Virus record (IMG/VR): IMGVR_UViG_3300047160_011942
Location: 1-60,296 of that record
Direction: 5' to 3' (one strand)
Length of the DNA stretch: 60,296 nucleotides
Origin: a virus
Shown in pieces: positions 49,624 to 57,272 of the stretch. How positions within the stretch are numbered: position 1 is the stretch's first letter; every line of letters starts with the position of its first letter. Under the pieces are notes generated by a model. It saw only the letters and a list, made by a program, of their open reading frames with translations. It did not search any database and was not told where the DNA came from. The position numbers and the translations under genes were made by a program.

Positions 49624-50354
49624 CTGATCGCAAATACGAACTGACCAACGAGACCTGCACGACGAGCGGTAAGACGCTGTACCGCATCCGAGCCCTTGTG
49701 GCGATTGCCGCTTTGGGGATCGCCAAAGGCGATACCGGAGGGTTCATCGAAAGCGAATCGAACCTTTCTCAGTCCGGCGACGCGTGGGTCTACGGCGACG
49801 CGTGGGTCTACGGCGACGCGTGGGTCTGCGGCAACGCGCAGGTCTACGGCAACGCGCGGGTCTACGGCGACGCGCGGGTCTACGGCGACGCGTGGGTCTG
49901 CGGCAACGCGCGGGTCTACGGCGACGCGCAGGTCTACGGCGGCGCGCGGGTCTACGGCGACGCGTGGGTCTACGGCGACGCGCGGGTTTACGGCAACGCG
50001 CGGGTCTACGGCGACGCGCAGGTCTACGGCGACGCGTGGGTCTGCGGCAACGCGCGGGTCTACGGCGGCGCGCGGGTCTACGGCGACGCGTGGGTCTACG
50101 GCGACGCGCGGGTCTCGCCTATCGTGGTGCAGTCCCTGAAATGGCCCGTGACGATCCTGGACACACACATGCAAATTGGCTGCCAGTTCCATGCGCTCGC
50201 CGACTGGGCTTCGTTCTCCGATGCCATCATCGCGCGCATGGCGCCTCGCGAGGCGCTCAACTGGTGGCGCATCCACAAACCCCTGCTGCTGGGTCTGGCC
50301 CGAGCGAACGGCCGGACGTGGGAGAGCAAGACGCAGGGGGCCGACCATGCCTAG
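49620..50354 (+). CDS. Hexapeptide-repeat (left-handed beta-helix-like) protein with conserved C-terminal domain
   Basis: ATGA coupling. 19 consecutive G-[DNG]-A-[WRQ]-V-[YC] units, then WPVTILDTHMQIGCQFHALADW.... Confidence 0.7.
   Translation: MTDRKYELTNETCTTSGKTLYRIRALVAIAALGIAKGDTGGFIESESNLSQSGDAWVYGDAWVYGDAWVCGNAQVYGNARVYGDARVYGDAWVCGNARVYGDAQVYGGARVYGDAWVYGDARVYGNARVYGDAQVYGDAWVCGNARVYGGARVYGDAWVYGDARVSPIVVQSLKWPVTILDTHMQIGCQFHALADWASFSDAIIARMAPREALNWWRIHKPLLLGLARANGRTWESKTQGADHA
49776..50117 (+). repeat. 19 tandem copies of an 18-bp unit (ggcgacgcgtgggtctac consensus)
   Basis: Units start every 18 nt from 49776. Differences are confined to codons 2, 4 and 6 of each unit. Confidence 0.9.
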
Positions 50355-50622
50355 CCTGCCCTTGTCCGCTCAACCGACTACAGCCTTGCTGACCGAACTT
50401 GCGCGGCGCGAACGCGAATCACGGTTTGAGGTCACGCCCCACGATCACGCTGGACGCACACGCTGGACTGTAGGACGTGAGGGCGCCACCATGCGCGACC
50501 CTATCAGTGGAACGCTTCGCCCGGTCACCACAGCTATATGCCCGAACCCGCAAGATGCCCAGGACATCTGCCAGTTCCTGAACGATCGTGAAGCCGCGCG
50601 ACGGGAGGCCCATCGTGCCTGA
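50347..50622 (+). CDS. Hypothetical protein
   Basis: ATG overlapping the upstream 3' end. 91 aa. Confidence 0.45.
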   Translation: MPSLPLSAQPTTALLTELARRERESRFEVTPHDHAGRTRWTVGREGATMRDPISGTLRPVTTAICPNPQDAQDICQFLNDREAARREAHRA

Positions 50623-50791
50623 CCGCTCCGAATGGTCCGCGAACACCGACCTGCAATCCGCCCGCCGCTGGCGCCAGAACGGCTCAGGATCGCCCCGCGC
50701 GCCCGCCGGGCTGCCCTGGTACTGGCAAGCGGCTTTCGCTGCAGCCTGCGGGCTGCTGGGCGCGTGGGGGCTCATCGTCGGCCTGAGCTGA
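50615..50791 (+). CDS. Small protein with C-terminal TM
   Basis: GTG after GGGAGG. WYWQAAFAAACGLLGAWGLIVGLS. Confidence 0.4.
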   Translation: MPDRSEWSANTDLQSARRWRQNGSGSPRAPAGLPWYWQAAFAAACGLLGAWGLIVGLS

Positions 50792-50813
50792 ACGTCCTCG
50801 GCCACTCTCGCGG

Positions 50814-50842
50814 AGCCTGTTCCGGGTGAACAGGCTTTTTTC
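50814..50842 (+). terminator. Rho-independent terminator
   Basis: agcctgttc-cgggt-gaacaggct followed by TTTTTTC. Confidence 0.65.
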
Positions 50843-50861
50843 TGCACGTTGGGGGACTATA

Positions 50862-50999
50862 AGGGTTAACCCTGCAACCTGAGTCACCTCAAAAACAGGG
50901 GTTCCAGAAAGTCTCCCTATAGAACTCATTTTTCCCCCCTCTAGGAGACCTTTTGGAAAGGGGGTAAAGTAAGGTGACTCAGGTTGCAGGGTTAACCCT
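50862..50999. repeat. Perfect 28-bp inverted repeat with an 82-nt structured spacer
   Basis: agggttaaccctgcaacctgagtcacct at 50862-50889 and its exact reverse complement at 50972-50999. The spacer holds nested gtctcc/ggagac and c-rich/g-rich complementary blocks. Confidence 0.9.
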
Positions 51000-53181
51000 A
51001 ACCCGCCAGTTTTAGCCCGTGAACCTGCAAAGTTTTACGTCTTCCGCACCCTGCGATCGTGAGGTACTGTTCGGTTGTCCGGAATCCGGGAACCACGCGT
51101 GCCAGCTCATCGACGAACTTTCGCTTGCTCACGGGTAGGATCCCGCTCTCCTTGCACCACCCCGAATAGGCCGGATAGAGTCCATCTTCCGTTCCGTTCG
51201 TGCCCAGCGTGACGTTGAATCCTGGCCCAAGCTCGCAGCACTCGTCCACGAACTGGCCGAGCCGGTCCTGTTCACGCTGGTAGGCGTCCACGGCCGCCAC
51301 CACGCAATCGGGCTCGCCCAGGCCGTGCGCATGCCATTCGCAGGCCCCTTGCACGAGCCACGCCAGAATGGCCTGCCTCACTTCTGGGAACTCGAGCTTC
51401 ACGGGCAGGCGTACGTCACGCGCAAGCCGGGCCAACCCCCGCTGAACCTCCGCCTCCGACCCGTAGCTCGCCAGCCACGGCACGAGCAGCACGCGTCGCC
51501 ACACGCCTCGATCCGTGCCCCGGATCTCCGGCTTGTGCTGCGTCAACAGGTTGAACTTGTGGGTCGGCCGGAACTCGAACTGTTCCTTGAAGAGGTACCG
51601 CGCCTGGATGGCGTCCGCCCCGGTGGCCGCCTTCATGAAACCCTCGTTCAGCACGGCGCCCCGCTCTGACTCGTGGATCATGATCATGCGCTTGCCCTGC
51701 AGCGCCACGACGGCCGACGAGTGTGCCGTCTCCATGCCACCTCGCGACACCGCCAACGAAGCCGGAGCGGTTCCGGCGTAGTCGCCCAGGACGTCGGCCA
51801 CCGCGCCCAGTACCACACTTTTCCCGTTCCCGCCGCCGCCCCAGTGCGTGGCGAACTTCTGCTCTTCCACGCAGCCCGTGGCGCAGTAGCCGAACCACCG
51901 CTTCAAGAACCGGGCCAGCGCCACGTCGCCGCAGCACACGCCGTCCTTGCCCTCGATCACCTGCTCCCACATGGTCGACCGCGCGCCGGGCACGTAATCC
52001 ACGTCCACGAGCTTGGTGCAGCCTTCCCGCAAATCGTGCGCCCGCAACTCGCCCGTCTTCAAGTCCACGATGCCATTGCGCACGTTCAGCACGAGCGGAT
52101 TGCGATCCAGCCAGTCGGCCGGCACGGCCAGCATGCGCGCGGCCAGCGTCACGCAGGCATCGATGTGGCCTTTCATCTCGGACGCCGCGGACCACTTCTC
52201 CAAAGCCTCGATGATCTTGCCGCGCCGCTTCACTTCGGCCACGCCCTCGGCGGTTTCCGGGTTCACCTCGCCCGCTTCGATGTCGCGCGCCAGTCGGGCC
52301 TTGACCTTGTCGACCTCGGCCATGATGACGCCCGACAGCAGGCACACCCGCCGATAGACGCCGGCATCGTCGCGCGCCCAGCGTCGCCCGTCCCACACGA
52401 ACCACACCCCGCCGACCACGATCATGTGGGCGCCGTACTCTCTGACCAACCGATTCGCGTTGGACTGATCCGTGCACAGGTGCTGGGCGGGGGGCACGCC
52501 TTCGCGCGCAGCCCAGTCGATGACCTCTTCCACCGAGGCCAGCGCCTCGCGATCGATCACGGCGCCGGCGGGGGTCAGCGCCGGGGCGATTCCTGTCCAG
52601 TCGTCATCGGCCGATGGTGGAGCTAGCCCTGCGCCCAGCAGCCTCACGTTCCTGACCTCCCAGCGCCACGGCGCATCGACCACCTGCGCTGGTGCCGCGG
52701 GCAGCGCTGGAGCGGCCGGCAGGTCGACCCCCCTCCCATCGACCGGCACGAAGCCCTCCGTCGTCGGCGCGCCGTGCCAGCCGGACAACCTCGTGGCTAG
52801 CGACATGATCGTGCCGCCCGTGACCGGCGAGGCTCGATCCTTGCCCAGGTACGGCCAGACGCGATCCTCAAGGAACCCGCTGTCGTGCTTGGCCGACCGT
52901 GCGCTCCACCACTGGGCGACCTCGAGGCCCGCATCCGCCCCCAGTTCGTGGTGGATCGCCCCGACCACCTTGAACCAGTCGTCGTAACCCAGCTCCTTTT
53001 CACCCGTGTTCGGCAGACCCTCGTCCAGCGCCTGGAACCAGAGACGCTTGCGCTGCGCAACGAGGTCGACCGACACCTCGGGCCGCGGCGGGCGCTGCCG
53101 GACCGGCACGGGTGCGGAGAACTTCCAGAAACCGGGCTCGCAAATGGCTTCCAGCGGCCGCGGGACGAGGATCATGGGCAT
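50998..53181 (-). CDS. PriCT + D5_N + SF3 (D5/P4-type) replicative helicase; lacks a primase catalytic domain
   Basis: ELGYDDWFKVVGAIHHELG...WWSARSAKHD (PriCT-like). HWGGGGNGKSV Walker A. IMIHESE Walker B-like. Start ATG 53181 (or 53175). Confidence 0.85.
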   Translation of the reverse strand: MPMILVPRPLEAICEPGFWKFSAPVPVRQRPPRPEVSVDLVAQRKRLWFQALDEGLPNTGEKELGYDDWFKVVGAIHHELGADAGLEVAQWWSARSAKHDSGFLEDRVWPYLGKDRASPVTGGTIMSLATRLSGWHGAPTTEGFVPVDGRGVDLPAAPALPAAPAQVVDAPWRWEVRNVRLLGAGLAPPSADDDWTGIAPALTPAGAVIDREALASVEEVIDWAAREGVPPAQHLCTDQSNANRLVREYGAHMIVVGGVWFVWDGRRWARDDAGVYRRVCLLSGVIMAEVDKVKARLARDIEAGEVNPETAEGVAEVKRRGKIIEALEKWSAASEMKGHIDACVTLAARMLAVPADWLDRNPLVLNVRNGIVDLKTGELRAHDLREGCTKLVDVDYVPGARSTMWEQVIEGKDGVCCGDVALARFLKRWFGYCATGCVEEQKFATHWGGGGNGKSVVLGAVADVLGDYAGTAPASLAVSRGGMETAHSSAVVALQGKRMIMIHESERGAVLNEGFMKAATGADAIQARYLFKEQFEFRPTHKFNLLTQHKPEIRGTDRGVWRRVLLVPWLASYGSEAEVQRGLARLARDVRLPVKLEFPEVRQAILAWLVQGACEWHAHGLGEPDCVVAAVDAYQREQDRLGQFVDECCELGPGFNVTLGTNGTEDGLYPAYSGWCKESGILPVSKRKFVDELARVVPGFRTTEQYLTIAGCGRRKTLQVHGLKLAG

Positions 53182-54224
53182 GGCAGCACCCCTTGCAGCC
53201 GGGCGCGGGCCAGCGCCACGTAGTCCGGATTCAGTTCGATGGAAATGGAGTTGCGGCCCAGACGTTCCGCGACCAGAGCGGTTGTCCCCGCCCCGCCGAA
53301 GGGGTCGAGCACCATGCCACCGCGCGGGCAGCCGGCCGCGATGCACGGCTCGATGAGCGCGGGCGGGAATGTCGCGAAGTGAGCACCCTTGAAGGGCCGC
53401 GTGGCGACGCTCCACACCGAGCGGCGATTGCGAGTGTCGAGAGGATAGTCAGACTCCGGGCGGTCCTCGCGATGCGTGCCGACCGACTGCCCCGGGATCA
53501 CCGCGGCCCGCTTAGAGCCTTCGCGCTTGAACGAGTCGCGTTTTGATCGGGTGTTTCCCGTGACAGTACGATTGCCTCCGGTTGCATTGTCAAATGTTGC
53601 GTTGTTGCAGTACGCCCCGCCGCGAAATGACTTGGCGTTCCCTTTGTCGGATTGCACAGGCTCCTGCATCGCCTCGGCATCCCAGTAATAGCGGGACGAC
53701 TTCGACAGCAGGAACACATACTCGTGCGCCTTTGTGCAGCGGTCAGTGACACTCTCGGGCATCGGGTTCGGCTTGTGCCAGATGATGTCCTGGCGAAGCC
53801 ACCATCCGTCCGCCTGGAGCGCGAACGCGACGCGCCACGGGATGCCGATCAAGTCCTTCGGTTTCAGGCCCGGCAGGCGGCTTTTATCGAGCGCTGAAGC
53901 GCCGGTATCGTTCTCGGCGCCGTCCCTCTTCCCACCGTTGATGTTGCCGCGCACGCCCGGATTCCCTTTTGGAGAGGTACAGTACGAGTCGCCTAGGTTG
54001 AGCCACAGCGTGCCGTCATCGGCCAGCACGCGGCGAACCTCGCGGAAGACTTCCACGAGCGCACCGACGAATGCGTCCGGGGTGTCCTCCAAGCCAATTT
54101 GCTCGGCGTGCCCATAGTCGCGCAGGCCGAAATAGGGCGGCGATGTGACGCAGGTCTGCACACAGCCGTCCGGTAGCCACGGCAGCACTTCGCGGCAATC
54201 GCCGACGGCAAAGTGAGCGGTCAT
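53172..54224 (-). CDS. DNA methyltransferase, beta-class N4/N6 type (SPPY)
   Basis: Motif IV TSPPYFGLRDY near the N-terminus and motif I VLDPFGGAGTT near the C-terminus. No cognate endonuclease seen. Confidence 0.9.
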   Translation of the reverse strand: MTAHFAVGDCREVLPWLPDGCVQTCVTSPPYFGLRDYGHAEQIGLEDTPDAFVGALVEVFREVRRVLADDGTLWLNLGDSYCTSPKGNPGVRGNINGGKRDGAENDTGASALDKSRLPGLKPKDLIGIPWRVAFALQADGWWLRQDIIWHKPNPMPESVTDRCTKAHEYVFLLSKSSRYYWDAEAMQEPVQSDKGNAKSFRGGAYCNNATFDNATGGNRTVTGNTRSKRDSFKREGSKRAAVIPGQSVGTHREDRPESDYPLDTRNRRSVWSVATRPFKGAHFATFPPALIEPCIAAGCPRGGMVLDPFGGAGTTALVAERLGRNSISIELNPDYVALARARLQGVLPCP

Positions 54225-54227
54225 TGT

Positions 54228-54809
54228 TCACCCCGCCATCAGCGCGCCGTCCACACCTTGCGCGTTCCACGGCCAGCGAGACGGCATCGCTTTTAGCGGC
54301 ACGCCTTCGTCATAACCCAGCATGAGCGGGTGACGGGGCTGCGCGATGCCACCTGTTTTCTTGCGCACCCGCGCCTTGTCCTCGTTCCAGGCGAAGACCA
54401 TCGGCGTGTGCCCGGACTTCCAGACCTGCTCGAGCACGGCCGCAGCGCGGCGCACCTGGGGCCAGCGTTCCACGTTCGCGCCCCACGCGCACACCACCGT
54501 CGCCACGCTCGGGTCGCGCAGCGCCGCCGCGATCCACAAGTCGGTGTCCTCGCCGACCGGCCAGCCGGCCGCTTTCAGCTCGGCCGGCTTCGTGGCCCGG
54601 AAGGCGTACAGGTTGACCACCGAGAAGCCACCCCAGCCGAGGCGCTCGGCGAAGCCATAGAGCTTGCGAATGGTGGCGTCATCGGTCGTGGCGTCCGCGG
54701 TCGACGGATTCAGTAGGATGACCACCGCCGTCGGCTTCGTCACGTCCCAGCGCCGGACGAGCAGGTAGCGAAACGCCTTGTCCGGGGAGAGGATCGCTGA
54801 CTTTTCCAT
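54228..54809 (-). CDS. DUF1643 family protein
   Basis: RYLLVRRWD...VVILLNPSTAD...NLYAFRAT signature. ATG 54809 with AAAGG SD. Confidence 0.7.
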   Translation of the reverse strand: MEKSAILSPDKAFRYLLVRRWDVTKPTAVVILLNPSTADATTDDATIRKLYGFAERLGWGGFSVVNLYAFRATKPAELKAAGWPVGEDTDLWIAAALRDPSVATVVCAWGANVERWPQVRRAAAVLEQVWKSGHTPMVFAWNEDKARVRKKTGGIAQPRHPLMLGYDEGVPLKAMPSRWPWNAQGVDGALMAG

Positions 54810-54929
54810 GAGCAAACCTTTCGATGCACACGCGGCAACGTCGCGCACCGCGTACCTGCTTGGAGCCCAGCACGGGCCGCTGCTGCGAGCAGCCCGCGCA
54901 GTTGAAGGTGAAGGCACCGATGCCTGCGC

Positions 54930-55148
54930 TCATCGTGACGTCCAGCCCGGCAAACGTACCGCTTGCCGCACGGCCAGCAGAAAGATGCACAGCCACACCG
55001 CGCCGAGGTAGCTGCTCATCGCGTCCCATTCATCCGACGGCGCCGCAGAGGGCACGCTCGCCGGCTGCACGACGTGCGCCACGCGCGGCGGATCGATGTT
55101 CGTGGCCATCGCGCACGGCAGTGCGCAATACGTGGCAAGTTCGCTCAT
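54930..55148 (-). CDS. Small membrane protein
   Basis: ATGA-coupled to the upstream micro-ORF. YLGAVWLCIFLLAV TM. Confidence 0.35.
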   Translation of the reverse strand: MSELATYCALPCAMATNIDPPRVAHVVQPASVPSAAPSDEWDAMSSYLGAVWLCIFLLAVRQAVRLPGWTSR

Positions 55149-55282
55149 GACGTCCTCGCCAGCAGTTGAAGCAGACCGATGAACGGCGTCCACAGCCACA
55201 AGCTGGGTGCGTCCCCGCCAGGATGGTTGACGCTCACGCCGCACAACTGCAGCACGAGCACCACCAGCAACCAGATAATCAT
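55145..55282 (-). CDS. 45-aa membrane peptide (below the ORF-track cutoff)
   Basis: MIIWLLVVLVLQLCGVSV... . AGGAGG about 15 nt upstream. Confidence 0.3.
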   Translation of the reverse strand: MIIWLLVVLVLQLCGVSVNHPGGDAPSLWLWTPFIGLLQLLARTS

Positions 55283-55302
55283 CACCACCACGGCTCGTCC
55301 TC

Positions 55303-55803
55303 CTATTTCTCTGAATAAAACCGCCTGAGCAATTGTTGCACTGGCGGGTCGGCAAGATAAACGGACAAATTCTTGGCGTATTCTTCTGGAGTCATTCCGC
55401 GTCCACGGATGAACCCCTCAATCGTATTGCATACACGGCATAGCAATCCACGATTTTCGTTCGTAGCATGATCGTGATCGATGCAGGTGTTACCCTCCAA
55501 AGGACGCTTGCAAATGGCGCAGACGCCACCTTGAAGCACAACTAACGCAGCGAACATCTCCGGAGTCATCCCGTAAAGACGTTTACGCATGTTGATGAGC
55601 ATCTGAGCCTGTCGTTCCGGGGTGTAGCGACCGTTATCCCATTCGCGATACGCTGCAGTTTTGGTGTAACGTGCAAGGTAATCCTTCATGTATGCTTGCC
55701 GATCGGGACGCTTCCGATATTGACGATCGTATGCATTCGCCTTTTCACGATGGGTTGCGTACTCTTCGGGCGTCATTTCGGATTTCTTTTTCTTTACCAC
55801 CAC
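55303..55803 (-). CDS. Recombination endonuclease VII-type HNH endonuclease (second copy)
   Basis: CAICKRPL...CIDHDHATNENRGLLCRVCNTIEG. GTG start. By eye about 48% GC against GC-rich flanks. Confidence 0.8.
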   Translation of the reverse strand: MVVKKKKSEMTPEEYATHREKANAYDRQYRKRPDRQAYMKDYLARYTKTAAYREWDNGRYTPERQAQMLINMRKRLYGMTPEMFAALVVLQGGVCAICKRPLEGNTCIDHDHATNENRGLLCRVCNTIEGFIRGRGMTPEEYAKNLSVYLADPPVQQLLRRFYSEK

Positions 55804-56384
55804 GGATCCTCTTCTTGCTTAACCTCCAAGGGCACAGAAGCGCGTGCACCCGGAAGGATGAATTGGTTTCCGAAACCTTTAGGGCTTACCTCATTTTGCT
55901 TGGGGTAAATTTCTATTTCAGAATTAGACACTCCACGTGTACCTGACTTCAAGCCGCAGGCGGCAAGCACTTCGCGCAGCATCTCGCGCACCGAATACGC
56001 GTCTTGAGGCGAGTTCCATAGGAGGTACAGGTGCACGCCGCGCCCACCGCCCGAGCGAAACAGGATCGGCGTGTAACCCTGATCCTGCAGCACCTGCGCC
56101 ACGCGGGCCACGGTCTCGCTCATGGTCGGCCAGTCGATCTCGCCGCCGTGGCTGTCGAAGTCCAGCACGGCCACGTAGACCACGCTCTCGCCGGCCTCGA
56201 TGGGGCAGACCCCGCGCGGCGGGCCGCCGTTCAAGTGCCCGATGAGCCGCTCGTCGGTCAGGGGCTCGTCCGTCCACGCCTGCGCGCCGTTGGCCTTGCG
56301 GATGGCCGTCACGTCCGTGCGCACGCGCTCGACCAGCGGATGCAGACCCGCGGCGATGCGAACGAGGCGCGGATCGTGGGTCAT
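55794..56384 (-). CDS. AEP-family primase-polymerase catalytic domain protein
   Basis: VAVLDFDSH (DxD) and FRSGGGRGVHLYLLW (sGxGxH) motifs. Only 196 aa. No PriCT or helicase attached. Confidence 0.8.
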   Translation of the reverse strand: MTHDPRLVRIAAGLHPLVERVRTDVTAIRKANGAQAWTDEPLTDERLIGHLNGGPPRGVCPIEAGESVVYVAVLDFDSHGGEIDWPTMSETVARVAQVLQDQGYTPILFRSGGGRGVHLYLLWNSPQDAYSVREMLREVLAACGLKSGTRGVSNSEIEIYPKQNEVSPKGFGNQFILPGARASVPLEVKQEEDPWW

Positions 56385-56731
56385 GCTTTGTCGGTGCGAT
56401 AGACCGACACCGGCATGCCGCCTCGGGTCGCGACCTCGATCATGTGCCGGGTGCCGCGACTCTGACCGTCCCAGACCGCGATCAGCGCATCCGCGTAGTG
56501 GGCCATTTCCCGGTTGCGATCGAAACCTGCGCGCTTGCCATCATTCGCCCAGTCAGGGATGAAGCGCTTGACCGGCAGCCCTTGCAATGCTGCGTACTTC
56601 TCACCTAGTCGATCAACACCTCGAGCACCACCACTCACAACTTCGGTGATGTCGAAATCCGCGGCGACGATCGCGCGCAGGACAGTCGGGTAGTCGTCGA
56701 TGCCGCGGCTACCGGCGATGATCACCTTCAC
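56381..56731 (-). CDS. SLOG-fold protein (DUF2493/YpsA-like)
   Basis: MKVIIAGSRG...VVSGGARGVDRLGEKYA...IAVWDGQSRGT signature. Confidence 0.7.
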   Translation of the reverse strand: MKVIIAGSRGIDDYPTVLRAIVAADFDITEVVSGGARGVDRLGEKYAALQGLPVKRFIPDWANDGKRAGFDRNREMAHYADALIAVWDGQSRGTRHMIEVATRGGMPVSVYRTDKA

Positions 56732-57081
56732 GATACGCCCTCCCCGTATTTCAGTTTCCAGTAGGGCGTGGCGCGCTGCAGCGTGAGCACACGCAGCTCA
56801 TAGCGCGACAGCCGACCGGCCGCCTTGGCGCGCAAGGTCGCGGCGATCGGTTCCCACTCGTCGGGGTGCATGCCACCCTTCAAGTTGTTGCAGCCGAAGC
56901 AGGCGAGGCGCAGGTTGGCCGGATCGTCGCTACCGCCGAGGAACCGGGGCATGTAGTGATCGACTGTCGCTTCCGCGCGCTTCAAATGCCGGCCGCAGTA
57001 GCAGCAGCACTTGCCGTCGCGATGGAAGATGAAGCCGATCGTCTCGCGCCCGTACTCGCGCTTGTAGTGGTGAAAGGCCAA
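56728..57081 (-). CDS. HNH endonuclease
   Basis: CCYCGR...VDHYMPRFLGGSDDPANLRLACFGCNNLKG. TTG start whose GAGG SD lies in a hairpin. Confidence 0.8.
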   Translation of the reverse strand: MAFHHYKREYGRETIGFIFHRDGKCCCYCGRHLKRAEATVDHYMPRFLGGSDDPANLRLACFGCNNLKGGMHPDEWEPIAATLRAKAAGRLSRYELRVLTLQRATPYWKLKYGEGVS

Positions 57082-57108
57082 GAGACACCTCGTCGGCGAG
57101 GTGCTCGA

Positions 57109-57159
57109 CTAGGCGCGCGGCTTGCTACGGTGGGCTCTGGGGTCGGAATCGGTGGGCAT
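57109..57159 (-). CDS. 16-codon leader-like micro-ORF upstream of the HNH gene
   Basis: AAAGGAG-N7-ATG. MPTDSDPRAHRSKPRA*. The stop lies just before a hairpin that sequesters the HNH SD. Confidence 0.25.
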   Translation of the reverse strand: MPTDSDPRAHRSKPRA

Positions 57160-57272
57160 GGCAGTGCTCCTTTCGTAGGGTTTGGCGACTCTGAGCGGAA
57201 AGTTCCGATCCTACTCTTCGCCTGTCGGGTTGCAAGATGCTCTAGGGGTTCGTACCGGGCAATGCGGCACGG

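Noticed and set aside
49776-50117. Possible CRISPR array or diversity-generating retroelement variable region.
   Set aside because: The repeats are contiguous with no spacers and lie in-frame inside a gene, so it is not a CRISPR array. No reverse transcriptase or template repeat exists in the genome, and the substitutions are not adenine-specific, so it is not a DGR.
49416-50348. 310-aa minus-strand ORF with a striking RVAVDP repeat.
   Set aside because: It is the antisense reading of the 18-bp tandem repeat. The plus-strand frame is ATGA-coupled to its neighbours and has a conserved non-repeat C-terminal domain.
50862-50999. The 28-bp inverted repeat as a protelomerase (telRL-type) target or a transposon end pair.
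   Set aside because: The genome encodes no protelomerase, transposase or integrase. The arms face each other around only 82 nt with no ORF.
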